A stretch of 57,530 bases of DNA from Vulcanimicrobiota bacterium (GTDB lineage Bacteria > Vulcanimicrobiota > Xenobia > Xenobiales > JADMJV01), in contig JBFWNU010000003.1 of the NCBI GenBank assembly GCA_050250895.1, positions 618,852-676,381 of the forward strand, written 5' to 3'. A model generated the notes under the pieces. The model searched no databases. It was not told the DNA's origin and saw only the letters and a list, made by a program, of their open reading frames with translations. Position 1 is the first letter of the stretch; each line of letters begins with the position of its first letter. A program made the position numbers and the translations under genes. Below are positions 1 to 8,805 of this stretch, one piece after another.

Positions 1-545
1 CGTGGTGGCGCCGTACTCCTCGCCTTGCTCTTCCGTGCGGAAGTCGGCTCGCCGCCAGTTGGCCCGGGCCCGCCAGCTCGCCCGGACGGACAACGACCCG
101 GGGTGGTTGTACGCGACTTGCCCCGCTCGGCCGGGCTGGCGCTGGCCGGGCGGGTACGGCACCAGGTGGCGCCGAATTCGGCACGTGGTGGCGCCGTACT
201 CCTCGCCTTGCTCTTCCGTGCGGAAGTCGGCTCGCCGCTGGCTCGCCCGAGCGGACAACGACCCGGGGTGGTTGTCGCGACTTGCCCCGCTGGCTCGGCC
301 GGGCTTGGCGTTTGGCCGGGCGAGTACGGCACCAGGTGGCGCCGAATTCGGCACGTGGTGGCGCCGTACTCCTCGCCTTGCTCTTCCGTGCGGAAGTCGG
401 CTCGCCGCCAGTTGGCCCGGGCCCGCTGGCTCGCCCGAGCGGACAACGACCCGGGGTGGTTGTAGCGACCTGGCCCAGCCCCGCCGGTTCGGCCGGGCCC
501 TCGGGTTGTCGCACGTTGCTCTTCCGCGCGGAACTCGGCTCGCCG
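1..545. repeat. Intergenic tandem palindromic repeat array A (REP/BIME-like), truncated at the window start
   Basis: CTTCCGYGCGGAA core at 30, 213, 383 and 521 (spacings 183, 170, 138). Near-identical units also carry the GCCGAATTCGGC palindrome and an ACAAC..GTTGT hairpin. Confidence 0.9.
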
Positions 546-554
546 CGACTAGCA

Positions 555-586
555 AGAGAGCCAGATCACACACGATCTGGCTCTCT
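555..586 (-). terminator. Hairpin, probable terminator of the clostripain gene
   Basis: 13-bp perfect stem AGAGAGCCAGATC-acacac-GATCTGGCTCTCT about 45 nt downstream of the stop; the U-tract is weak. Confidence 0.6.
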
Positions 587-629
587 GACGACTACCGTCT
601 GACGACTACCGTCTGACGACTACCGTCTG
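585..629. repeat. 14-bp tandem repeat (CTGACGACTACCGT) x3
   Basis: Exact copies at 585, 599 and 613. Confidence 0.95.
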
Positions 630-631
630 GC

Positions 632-2386
632 TCAGTCGGTCTTCAAGGCCGGCTGATACCTTTCGCTGTTCGCGTCGATCAGCTTTTGCTCGACCGACTT
701 GTTCTGCTCTTGATAGACGCGGTAGCCGGCCATACCCAGTTTGGTGGCGGTGCGGCCGAGGGCCAGGGCCAGCGTGCCCTGGGCGACTACCTGCAGGGCG
801 GGGTTCATCGTGCCGGTCAACAGGGCGGCGGTGGTGACGGCGGTGCCCAGGCCGATGGCCGTATCGATGGCGCCGTCGACAGCCAGTTCGACGCGGGTCG
901 ATTGTTTGAAATCGGTGCGGGTGATCGACTGCGACAGCTTCTCGATGCCGCTCTTGGTGCGCATCGCCGCGCCCACCGCGCCAGCGCCGGCGGCCAGCAC
1001 TCCCGGAATGGGCAGCATGTAGGGGAAGCCCATCAGCGGCCACCAGTTCCAGCCGGAGACGGCGGTAGCGCCGGTGGCAGCGTCGAGGGCGAATTCGTAG
1101 CCGTAAAAGCGGGCAATCTGGCCGAAGCTCATCATTTTGCGACTCAGCTTGGGGTAACGGCCCATCAGATCATCGTCTTTGGCGATGGTCTTGAGCATCT
1201 GCTCCCAGTTCGAGTTGGCTCCGAACGAGGTCTTCTCATAGCCGTGGGTGCCGCCCACCGGCACGCCGTCAACCGGGCTGGTGCCCTGGCGGTCGAAGCC
1301 GTAGTCGACGGGGATGTAGGCTGACATTCCGGTCGAGCCAGCCATCGAGCTGCCCACCATCCCTGACACGGTAGCGTGGGTCTCGGCCACGATGGCCTCG
1401 GCCAGAGCGCTTTGCAGGGCCTGAGCCGCCTCTTTGACAGCCGGGTTGGTGAAGCGCTCGTCGCGGGCCACAATTTTGCTGAAGTCGCCCAGGTCGCGAT
1501 AGTCGCAGTAGGGCTCGATGTGGGCGTCGATCTTGGCGTAGTTCTGGGCCGACTTGATGTCCTTGCGCAGCACATCGATCAGGCTGGGATCCTTCTGGAT
1601 TTCCCCCAGCAGGGCTCCGGCCAGAGTCTCGGCCGCGTCGCGAACGGGACCCATCTTGGCCAGGGCGATGGCTGATTGAGTAGGGGTGAATAGCGACTTA
1701 CCGAACTGCTTGTCGGCTTCATAGACGAACAGCTTGGCTACGTCTTCGCCGGTCAGGTCGCCGTTGGCGGCTTTGATGTCCTCGGCAACCTTGTGTTGCG
1801 GGGTGGTGCCGAACAAGCCGGGAATCGGAATGCGCAGGCCCGCTTCGACTTCTTCCGAGCCGACCATGAAGTCGGCCGAGTTGCGCAACTCATAGCCGAC
1901 TTCGGCCTGGTTCATCAGGCAGGCGTTAAAGTTGACCACGTTAATGCGGGCGCCGGTGTTTTTCTGGGCGTTCTCGAGGGCTTCGGCCAGCTGCTTGTTG
2001 GTCACGATCGAGTTGTGCTCGTCGTCGGTCAGCACGCCTTTGAAGCCGGCGCCGTGGTTCCACAGCACCACCGCGTAACGCTCGGCGGGGTAGTTCTTGA
2101 TGCCCCACTCGAGGAACTCTTGCACCGACTTGTGGCTGCCCATGTCGATGTTGCCGAGGTTCTCGTATTTGTCGGTGCCCTCGCCCTGTTTCACCAGTCC
2201 GCGAAGCACGTCTTGCTTCATCAATCCCACCTGGGCGACCAGGTTGACGTTGTCGTCCGAGCCGACCTTGTCGATCGAGTTGAAGGAGTGCTTGGCCATC
2301 GGCGAGAGGTTGTTTTTGCCGTCGAAGTAGTAGAGGACGGTCCATTTCTTGCGCTCGGCCGCCGGGGCTGCGTTGGTGATTCTCAT
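632..2386 (-). CDS. Clostripain-family (C11) cysteine peptidase with C-terminal hydrophobic helices
   Basis: KKWTVLYYFDGKNNL start, YPAERYAVVLWNHGAG (catalytic His), FNACLM (catalytic Cys), GSEEVE. Confidence 0.88.
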   Translation of the reverse strand: MRITNAAPAAERKKWTVLYYFDGKNNLSPMAKHSFNSIDKVGSDDNVNLVAQVGLMKQDVLRGLVKQGEGTDKYENLGNIDMGSHKSVQEFLEWGIKNYPAERYAVVLWNHGAGFKGVLTDDEHNSIVTNKQLAEALENAQKNTGARINVVNFNACLMNQAEVGYELRNSADFMVGSEEVEAGLRIPIPGLFGTTPQHKVAEDIKAANGDLTGEDVAKLFVYEADKQFGKSLFTPTQSAIALAKMGPVRDAAETLAGALLGEIQKDPSLIDVLRKDIKSAQNYAKIDAHIEPYCDYRDLGDFSKIVARDERFTNPAVKEAAQALQSALAEAIVAETHATVSGMVGSSMAGSTGMSAYIPVDYGFDRQGTSPVDGVPVGGTHGYEKTSFGANSNWEQMLKTIAKDDDLMGRYPKLSRKMMSFGQIARFYGYEFALDAATGATAVSGWNWWPLMGFPYMLPIPGVLAAGAGAVGAAMRTKSGIEKLSQSITRTDFKQSTRVELAVDGAIDTAIGLGTAVTTAALLTGTMNPALQVVAQGTLALALGRTATKLGMAGYRVYQEQNKSVEQKLIDANSERYQPALKTD

Positions 2387-2583
2387 GTCGTTATAGCTCC
2401 TGAAGGGGTTCTGTCTTTGTGTCGTTCTTCAGACAGCTTACTGGGGACAGACCCTCGGAGTCCTGACGAGAATGTTAACGGACGGGATATTTCAGATTTA
2501 TTTAGGGGCGATAACATTCGTTACTGAAAGAATGAATAGCCAACCATGCGTTGCACGGTTGGCTAGGGGCTCTGGTGCAGCCT

Positions 2584-3993
2584 CTAGTCTCGGGCCAGTA
2601 GCCGCCCTACCACGGTTCCGCCGTTGGTGGTCACCACGAACTCACCCCGGTCGTTGATGGATGCGCCAACACCACTCTCGGAGGTGCCGGGCGCGATGGT
2701 TCCGCCGGTGTTGTTGCGTAGCCAGGTCCAGCCGGGCTCGTCGACATCTCCGACCACGATGCCGCCGTTGGTGGCGGCCACGAATTCTCCACTTTCGTTG
2801 ATGGACGAACCGGCCCCCGAATCGGAGGTTCCGGGGGTAATGGTTCGTCCCTGGGAATCCTTGACGGTGTTCCACTGACCATCGTCCACATCGCCGTAGA
2901 GGATGCCCATATTCGAGTTGGTCACGAATTGGCCTTGCTCGTTGATGCCGGCTCCCACCCCTGAATCCGAGGTGCCCGGACCGACGTTGCGGCCTTTATG
3001 GTCTTGCAGATACTGCCAGTGGCCACTGGCCTCGCCAATCACGATGGCGGTGTTGGTGGCCACCAGGAACTGGCCCTTCTCGTTGTTGGCGGCGGCCACG
3101 CCCGAGCCGGAAGTGCCTGGCGCAATAGCCCGGCCGCGGGCGTCCTGAAGATAGTTCCAGCCACCCTCGGCCGTGCCGATGACGATGCCTCCATTGGTGG
3201 CGGCGACGAACTGGCCGCGGTTGTTGATGGCCGCGCCCGCTCCGGATTCGGAGGTGCCAGGAGTGATAGTGCGGCCCCGGGTGTCCTGCAGGTAGTGCCA
3301 GCTGGCATCGTCGGCCCGGCCGACCACGATACCCCCGTTGGTAACGGCCAGGAATTGGCCCGAGCTGTTGATGGCGGCCCCGGCTCCCGAGGCGCCGGTG
3401 CCCGGCGCGATGGCGTGCCCTCTAGCGTCGGTCAAGAATTGGAAAGAGCCGTCGCGGTGCTGGCCGACCACGATGCCACCGTTGGTGACGGCTACGAACT
3501 GGCCCTGGTCGTTGATGGCCGCTCCGGCCCCGGACTGGGAAGTGCCGGGGGAGATCTGGCGTCCCTGGGCGTTGGTCAGAAAGCGAACCTCGCCGGTGTT
3601 GACGTTGCCCAACATAATGCCGCCGTTGGTCACCGAGACGTAATCTCCGCCAGAGTTGACTGCCGAGCCGGCTCCCGATTCCGAGGTGCCGGGGCTCAGT
3701 TGGCGGCCGTTCTGGGTGACGAAACTCCACTGGACCGGTGAATAAAGGGATTCATCTCCCTGGGTGGAGGGGTTGTCGGGGACGTAGAACGTGCTGGCTG
3801 GAGGAGTCGAAGGCTCGCTGTTGCAACCGCTGAGCAGAGTCATCAAGCCCAGCGCGCCCAGAGCCAGGGCGCCTTTGCCCACCGTTTTGGCGGAGGGCGT
3901 GAAGGTCTCGACCTGGCCAGGCAATTCGGCCGGTTCTGGCGCTCTACGCGCGGGCATACCCGGAGGAACGAAGGAGTTTTGACGCACCTGCAT
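2584..3993 (-). CDS. Lipoprotein with 8 tandem ~48-aa repeats, predicted beta-propeller
   Basis: Lipobox LLSGC after a hydrophobic stretch; 8 copies of PGTSxSGxGAxINxxGxFVxxTNGGIVVG. Alternative start is GTG 4011. Confidence 0.8.
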   Translation of the reverse strand: MQVRQNSFVPPGMPARRAPEPAELPGQVETFTPSAKTVGKGALALGALGLMTLLSGCNSEPSTPPASTFYVPDNPSTQGDESLYSPVQWSFVTQNGRQLSPGTSESGAGSAVNSGGDYVSVTNGGIMLGNVNTGEVRFLTNAQGRQISPGTSQSGAGAAINDQGQFVAVTNGGIVVGQHRDGSFQFLTDARGHAIAPGTGASGAGAAINSSGQFLAVTNGGIVVGRADDASWHYLQDTRGRTITPGTSESGAGAAINNRGQFVAATNGGIVIGTAEGGWNYLQDARGRAIAPGTSGSGVAAANNEKGQFLVATNTAIVIGEASGHWQYLQDHKGRNVGPGTSDSGVGAGINEQGQFVTNSNMGILYGDVDDGQWNTVKDSQGRTITPGTSDSGAGSSINESGEFVAATNGGIVVGDVDEPGWTWLRNNTGGTIAPGTSESGVGASINDRGEFVVTTNGGTVVGRLLARD

Positions 3994-4035
3994 AGCGTGA
4001 CTATGGGACACGTTCCTGAAAGCATGCTGAAATTG

Positions 4036-4368
4036 CTAGCAGCCGCCCAGTGACATCGCGACCAGCATCCACATGAAGGGGTCTAGCAAGAACAACCAAT
4101 TCACCAGCCCTCCATCCCCTCGCCTCGTTTCGGCCAGCGCGACGGGGTCGGCTTGGTAGTTCGCCACGCTGCAGACCAGACCGGCCAGATTTAGCAGCAA
4201 CAGCAGCCAGGCCAGGGCGGAATATTCAATCAGGGGCAGGGCGGCGAAAACCAGCAAGAGGTAGGCAACTGTCCTCAGGCGGAGAAAGCTGCGCCTTCCG
4301 GGAGTCATCACCACGCAACCGCAGGCGTCGGGTGCATGCTGACAGCGACCACAAACTTCACAGACCAT
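4036..4368 (-). CDS. Small membrane protein with N-terminal Cys cluster
   Basis: MVCEVCGRC..CGC followed by 2-3 hydrophobic segments; fills the gap between same-strand genes. Confidence 0.55.
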   Translation of the reverse strand: MVCEVCGRCQHAPDACGCVVMTPGRRSFLRLRTVAYLLLVFAALPLIEYSALAWLLLLLNLAGLVCSVANYQADPVALAETRRGDGGLVNWLFLLDPFMWMLVAMSLGGC

Positions 4369-4412
4369 GTCTGTAAGTTTACTATAGGAAACTCAAGCTG
4401 CCAAGAGTGGGA

Positions 4413-4937
4413 TTATTTAAGCAGTCTCACGTAGTCGGCGATGAAAGACTTGAGCTTGGGTTCGAGTTCGAGAAAGCGGACTCCGGCCTGATAGGTATCA
4501 TCGCTCTTCTTGCCGCACCAGCGAACTTCGCAAAGGGCCGGCAGGCGGAAGGACTGGAACTCGTAGGTTAACTTCACCTTTCCGCCCTGGCTGAGCGGCT
4601 GGTGCAAACTGAGCCGTGCTCCGGTGACCGATAGGTCTTCGGTGTGGCACTCACCGGTCAGGTCAGGAGAGGTCACGGTGATGGCGCAGGTCACCCGTTC
4701 GGCGGCTCTTCGCTCGACGTTGAAAAACGGTAGAACCGACTCGGCTTTGCCTACCGAAGCGCGGTAGACCTGGTTTTCTTCGTCGAATGACTGGACGTCG
4801 ACGTCGGTGTAGACGTAGCCACGGGGGCTCTCGAGACAGACGGTTTTTTTGGAGAGTTCAAGCCCGGGTTCAGCCTTGAAACCCAGCATTCCGTCGGAAT
4901 AATCTACAACTTCCACAGGTTCATCGGAGTTAGACAT
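4413..4937 (-). CDS. PilZ-domain (c-di-GMP-binding) protein
   Basis: ERRAAER (RxxxR) and DLSVTG (D/NxSxxG) motifs, C-terminal GVRF, SD GGAGG. Confidence 0.88.
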   Translation of the reverse strand: MSNSDEPVEVVDYSDGMLGFKAEPGLELSKKTVCLESPRGYVYTDVDVQSFDEENQVYRASVGKAESVLPFFNVERRAAERVTCAITVTSPDLTGECHTEDLSVTGARLSLHQPLSQGGKVKLTYEFQSFRLPALCEVRWCGKKSDDTYQAGVRFLELEPKLKSFIADYVRLLK

Positions 4938-5029
4938 ACCAACCTCCCGTTTGGAACTTAAGCGAGCAAATGCTAGCTACCTGCCCAATAAGACGATTTT
5001 CCCATCCCCGAGCCTCTGGCTGACCGGCA

Positions 5030-5045
5030 ACTTCCGGCCGGAAGT
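5030..5045. other. Solo 16-bp palindrome ACTTCCGGCCGGAAGT (same core as the repeat arrays)
   Basis: Perfect inverted repeat in the divergent intergenic region between the PilZ and DJ-1 genes. Confidence 0.6.
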
Positions 5046-5103
5046 CGCCGTGAGTTTACATCATCGCAACCACCTGGCGGCTCGAAGTCTCCACCATTTC
5101 GTT

Positions 5104-5856
5104 ATGGTCATTCGCTCCCTTGCCTCCACCACTCCGATGTCCCGCCGCCCGAGCGCGCGAGCGGCCACCGCTATCGAAAGCCAGCCGGCCGATACGGTCA
5201 GTCTGAGTGCCGCCCCCGCGCCGCGTCCTCAGGGCGGAATCCAGGTGGCTGCCGGGGCCGTGGGTGGGCCCACCGGCCACATCCTGGTGATGGTGCCCGA
5301 CGACTTCATGTGGCCCGAGTTCGACCTGCCCGTGCGCCAGTATCAAGAGGCGGGCTATGAGGTGACCATCGCCACCAAGAACGGCCAGACCGCCAATCCC
5401 GACGACCGCAATTATGGACGGTTTGAAGGCGTGCGGCCCCTCGAGGCTGATGTGTCTTTCGCCGATGTCGACGTGAGCAAGTTCGACGCCGTGACTACCG
5501 TTGGAGGCAACGGCGCCTGGCATGACTTCTTCCCCGACGCCAACGCCCATCGGGTCTTGAGCGAGTCGCTCCAGTCGGGCAAGGTTACCGGTCTTATCTG
5601 CGCCTCCACCGGAACTCTGGCCATGATCAACAACTTCGAGGGCGATTCACCCATCGCCGCGGGTCGCAAAGTGACCGGCTACTTCAAGGTCGAGGGTCTG
5701 CTCAGGAACGTCGGCCAGGTCGACTTTGTCGACGGCGCTCCTAACGAGGTTACCGTGGTCCGCGACGGCAATCTGATCACCGGGCGCAATCCCGAGTCGT
5801 CTGAACTCTTTGGCCGGCGAGTGCTGGAGGCGCTCAGTCAGACCACTGGGTCGTGA
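5104..5856 (+). CDS. DJ-1/PfpI family protein with N-terminal extension
   Basis: Conserved Glu in DDFMWPE, VGGNGA, nucleophile elbow GLICAS, VVRDGNLITGRNP. Start taken at ATG 5104. Confidence 0.85.
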   Translation: MVIRSLASTTPMSRRPSARAATAIESQPADTVSLSAAPAPRPQGGIQVAAGAVGGPTGHILVMVPDDFMWPEFDLPVRQYQEAGYEVTIATKNGQTANPDDRNYGRFEGVRPLEADVSFADVDVSKFDAVTTVGGNGAWHDFFPDANAHRVLSESLQSGKVTGLICASTGTLAMINNFEGDSPIAAGRKVTGYFKVEGLLRNVGQVDFVDGAPNEVTVVRDGNLITGRNPESSELFGRRVLEALSQTTGS

Positions 5857-6235
5857 AACGGCCCGTCTTGGGGTCAAACGTCACACTCTGGTGAACGGCA
5901 CCCTCGCGGTAGCCCACAAAGTCGTTCCAGAAGAAGACCAGGGTGCCTTCGAACTCCTCGATCTTGAGGACCGTCACCGGAGCCAGGGTAATCGGTTCAC
6001 CTTGAAACTCGATGGACCACTCGTAGACCTTCTTCCACGGTAGCCCCTGGTAGACTTCCAGGTGCCCCCGGCCGGCCTGGTTATAGGCGACCGCATAGTA
6101 GTGATGCTCGTTGAAAAAGATGGCGTCCCGGTCGACCACGCGCACTCCGGCCGGGTCGGGCGGGAAGGCGTCGCTGGCTTCCTGGGCCAGGGCCGGGGCG
6201 ATGAGGAGGAGCAGAAGGACAAACAGAGTTCGCAT
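5834..6235 (-). CDS. Secreted hypothetical protein
   Basis: Classical signal peptide MRTLFVLLLLLIAPALA-QE from ATG 6235. Confidence 0.7.
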   Translation of the reverse strand: MRTLFVLLLLLIAPALAQEASDAFPPDPAGVRVVDRDAIFFNEHHYYAVAYNQAGRGHLEVYQGLPWKKVYEWSIEFQGEPITLAPVTVLKIEEFEGTLVFFWNDFVGYREGAVHQSVTFDPKTGRFTTQWSD

Positions 6236-6353
6236 GGGGCTGCGCTTCGCAGCAGCCAGAGGATCGCCCTGCTCTTCGCCTCCAGGGTCCCGGTCAGGGG
6301 TGTAATCCTTCGATAAAGGAGGGGGCGCTTGTGAAAAGAATAACAAGCGCGCG

Positions 6354-7349
6354 ATGAGCCCTGATGAAAACACGGATTGGGAGGCAACGGCCCAACCTCT
6401 GGCCGAGCCGCGGCCAAGCGCCGTAGCGGCCGGCGACTATGCCGCCCCTCCCGAGCCCTCGCGCGACTATGCCCTGGCGGCCGAGCCGCCCCGGCCGGCG
6501 GAGTCTGCCTGGTCTCGCTTTGTCGAGTTGGTTCGGCTCGAGCAGACTGTCTTCGCCTTACCGTTTGCCTATATCGGTATGTTCCTGGCCGCCGGCGGTT
6601 GGCCAGGCTTCAAGACCTTTGTCTGGGTGAGCCTGGCCATGGTCGGGGCGCGCACGGCCGGGATGACGGCTAACCGCATCATCGATATGGAGATCGATGG
6701 TGCCAACCCACGCACCAGTGACAGGGCTTTGCCGGCTGGCCGCATGGCGCCTCGCACCGCGGGGGTGTTGATGGTCGCCAGCTTCTGCCTGCTGGGTCTG
6801 GCCGCTCAGCAGCTCAATCCGCTCTGTTTTAAGCTTGCTCCTCTAGCGGTGGTGTTGTTGCTGGGCTACAGCTATCTCAAGCGTCTTACCTGGGCCTGTC
6901 ATCTGGGTCTGGGTCTGGTGCAGGCCTGTGCGCCCCTGGGCGGCTGGCTGGCTGTGAGCGGGCGCTTTGAGGCGGCTCCGTTCTTTCTGGCCTCGGCCAT
7001 CTTTTTGTGGGTGGGGGGGTTCGACATCCTCTACGCCTGCCAGGACATCGACCATGATCGGGCTCACGGTCTGCATTCGATCCCGGCTCGACTGGGGATT
7101 CGCAAAGCCTTTCAGGTGTCGCGCATGTTCCACTTCACGGCCGTGGCCGCTCTGGCCATGGCCGGTTGGGTTTTGGGTCTTAGTGGTATCTATTACACGG
7201 GGGTTGGTTTGGTGGGGGCGATCCTGGTGTGGGAACAGAACATCCTCACTCCCGAGGACCTGTCTCGCATGCAGCATGCATTTTTCGTGGCTAACGCAGC
7301 CGTCAGCCTGACGCTGCTAGTGGCCGTGCTCCTGGAGGTATTATGGTAA
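6354..7349 (+). CDS. ubiA: UbiA-family prenyltransferase (MqnP-like, menaquinone)
   Basis: TVFALPFAY, NRIIDMEIDGANPRT..RALP, GFDILYACQD motifs; multiple TM helices; mqn gene context. Confidence 0.9.
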   Translation: MSPDENTDWEATAQPLAEPRPSAVAAGDYAAPPEPSRDYALAAEPPRPAESAWSRFVELVRLEQTVFALPFAYIGMFLAAGGWPGFKTFVWVSLAMVGARTAGMTANRIIDMEIDGANPRTSDRALPAGRMAPRTAGVLMVASFCLLGLAAQQLNPLCFKLAPLAVVLLLGYSYLKRLTWACHLGLGLVQACAPLGGWLAVSGRFEAAPFFLASAIFLWVGGFDILYACQDIDHDRAHGLHSIPARLGIRKAFQVSRMFHFTAVAALAMAGWVLGLSGIYYTGVGLVGAILVWEQNILTPEDLSRMQHAFFVANAAVSLTLLVAVLLEVLW

Positions 7350-8083
7350 CCGCGCCCCGGCAGCTGCTCTCGCTGCTCGAATCGGGCGACGTGTTGGGCC
7401 TGGGCCTTTTGGCCGGCCGGCAACGCACCCATCGCAACATCGGCTTTCTCGAAGACGAGGCGGTTTGGCCCGCCTGGACCCACCCCCCCGAGATCGCGCC
7501 ACGGATGATCCACTGTGTCGATCTGTCCCAGTTGGAGAAAGCCCGCAAACTGCACCCCACGGTTTGGGTGCACGGGCCGGTGGAGGGGGCCGACAGTTTC
7601 GCTCTGGTCACTCCCGAACTGGGCAAGCCCTGGACCCCGGCCACCTATCCCGGCCCGGTGGTGGCCAGCTTCACCTATCCACCCGGCTTTACGCCCGGGG
7701 CCCTGGTGGAGCGGCTCGAGGCCCTCGGCACGCTACCCAACCTGGTGGCCGTCTCGCCTTTGCCGGCGGCGGCTGGTGACCGGGTGCTGGTGCCGGGAGC
7801 CACCACCGACGGAACCGATGACGCGGCCGTGTTGGCGGCCTGCCGGATCGTCTTGCCGAAGGTCCATGTGCGTTCCAGCTGGGCCGCGCTGGGATGGAAG
7901 GTGGCTCAGGTGTGCCTGGCGTTTGGCGCCGACACCCTTTCGGGCTGGGGGGCTGAAGAACAGTTGGCCTACAGCTCGCGCACTCGGCCGGCCTCGGTGG
8001 TGGATCGGGCCGAAGTGGAACTGGGCATCCGCGAGGCCGGTTTCGAGCCAGTGGAGGTGTCGCGATGCGACTGGGACTGCTGA
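7343..8083 (+). CDS. Degenerate MqnE/CofH-like protein lacking the radical-SAM CxxxCxxC motif
   Basis: C-terminus (GTDDAAVLAACRIVLPKVHVRSSWAALGWKVAQVCLAFGADTLSG..EE..IREAGFEPVE) parallels the MqnE/MqnC C-terminal region. It overlaps both neighbours. Confidence 0.65.
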   Translation: MVTAPRQLLSLLESGDVLGLGLLAGRQRTHRNIGFLEDEAVWPAWTHPPEIAPRMIHCVDLSQLEKARKLHPTVWVHGPVEGADSFALVTPELGKPWTPATYPGPVVASFTYPPGFTPGALVERLEALGTLPNLVAVSPLPAAAGDRVLVPGATTDGTDDAAVLAACRIVLPKVHVRSSWAALGWKVAQVCLAFGADTLSGWGAEEQLAYSSRTRPASVVDRAEVELGIREAGFEPVEVSRCDWDC

Positions 8084-8805
8084 GCTACATCAACAGCCTG
8101 CCGGCCACTTTTGCCATCGAATCGGGCCAGCTCGAGCATGACTGCGCCCTGCTGCGAGCCGAGCCTTCCGAGTTGAACCGGCTGGCCCTCGCCGGCGAAT
8201 TGGACGTGACCGCCGTGTCGTCGGTCGAGTACCTCCGCAATCGCCAGCTGTTCGAGCTGGTGCCCGAACTTTGCCTTGGCTCGGACGGGCCGGTGCGCAG
8301 CGTGCGCCTGTTTTCGACCCTTCCCCTGAAGGAACTCCAAGGCAAGACCGTCTGGATGACCGGGGCCAGCGCCACCTCGCGCGCCCTGCTCTTGAGCCTG
8401 GTTCCCGGAGTGACGGCCCTGGATGCTCCCGGCGAGCCGAGTCTCGACGGCCGGGCCGCGGCCGTATTACGCATCGGCGATCGGGCTCTCGAGGAGGTGG
8501 CCGGGGCCGACTATGTCTACGACCTGGGTGAGCTGTGGAAGCAGACCACCGGCCTGCCCATGGTGTTTGCCGTCTGGGTGGCCCGGCCCGGCTATCTGGC
8601 TCAGGCCAGCCGTCTACTGGCTGCCAGTCTGGCCTGGGGACGGGCCAACCACGACCAGGTTCTCGACGAGGCGACCGCCCGCACGGGGCTGTCGCGCGAG
8701 CGCCTGACCGACTATTTTCAGTGTCTGAGCTTTACCTTTGACGAGCGGGCCCGCCAGGGGCTTGAAGAGTTCGGTCGCCGGGCTCTGGTGAAGGAGAGAG
8801 TATGA
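8065..8805 (+). CDS. mqnA: Chorismate dehydratase
   Basis: SYINSLP, PSELN..GELDV..SSVEY, SDGPVRSV, SATS, IGDRAL, DLGELW..TGLPMVFAVW. Confidence 0.92.
   Translation: MRLGLLSYINSLPATFAIESGQLEHDCALLRAEPSELNRLALAGELDVTAVSSVEYLRNRQLFELVPELCLGSDGPVRSVRLFSTLPLKELQGKTVWMTGASATSRALLLSLVPGVTALDAPGEPSLDGRAAAVLRIGDRALEEVAGADYVYDLGELWKQTTGLPMVFAVWVARPGYLAQASRLLAASLAWGRANHDQVLDEATARTGLSRERLTDYFQCLSFTFDERARQGLEEFGRRALVKERV

Noticed and set aside
2-616. ORFs 2..616, 25..465 and 282..602
   Set aside because: They are translations of repeat array A in several frames, Arg/Pro/Gly-rich with no domain.
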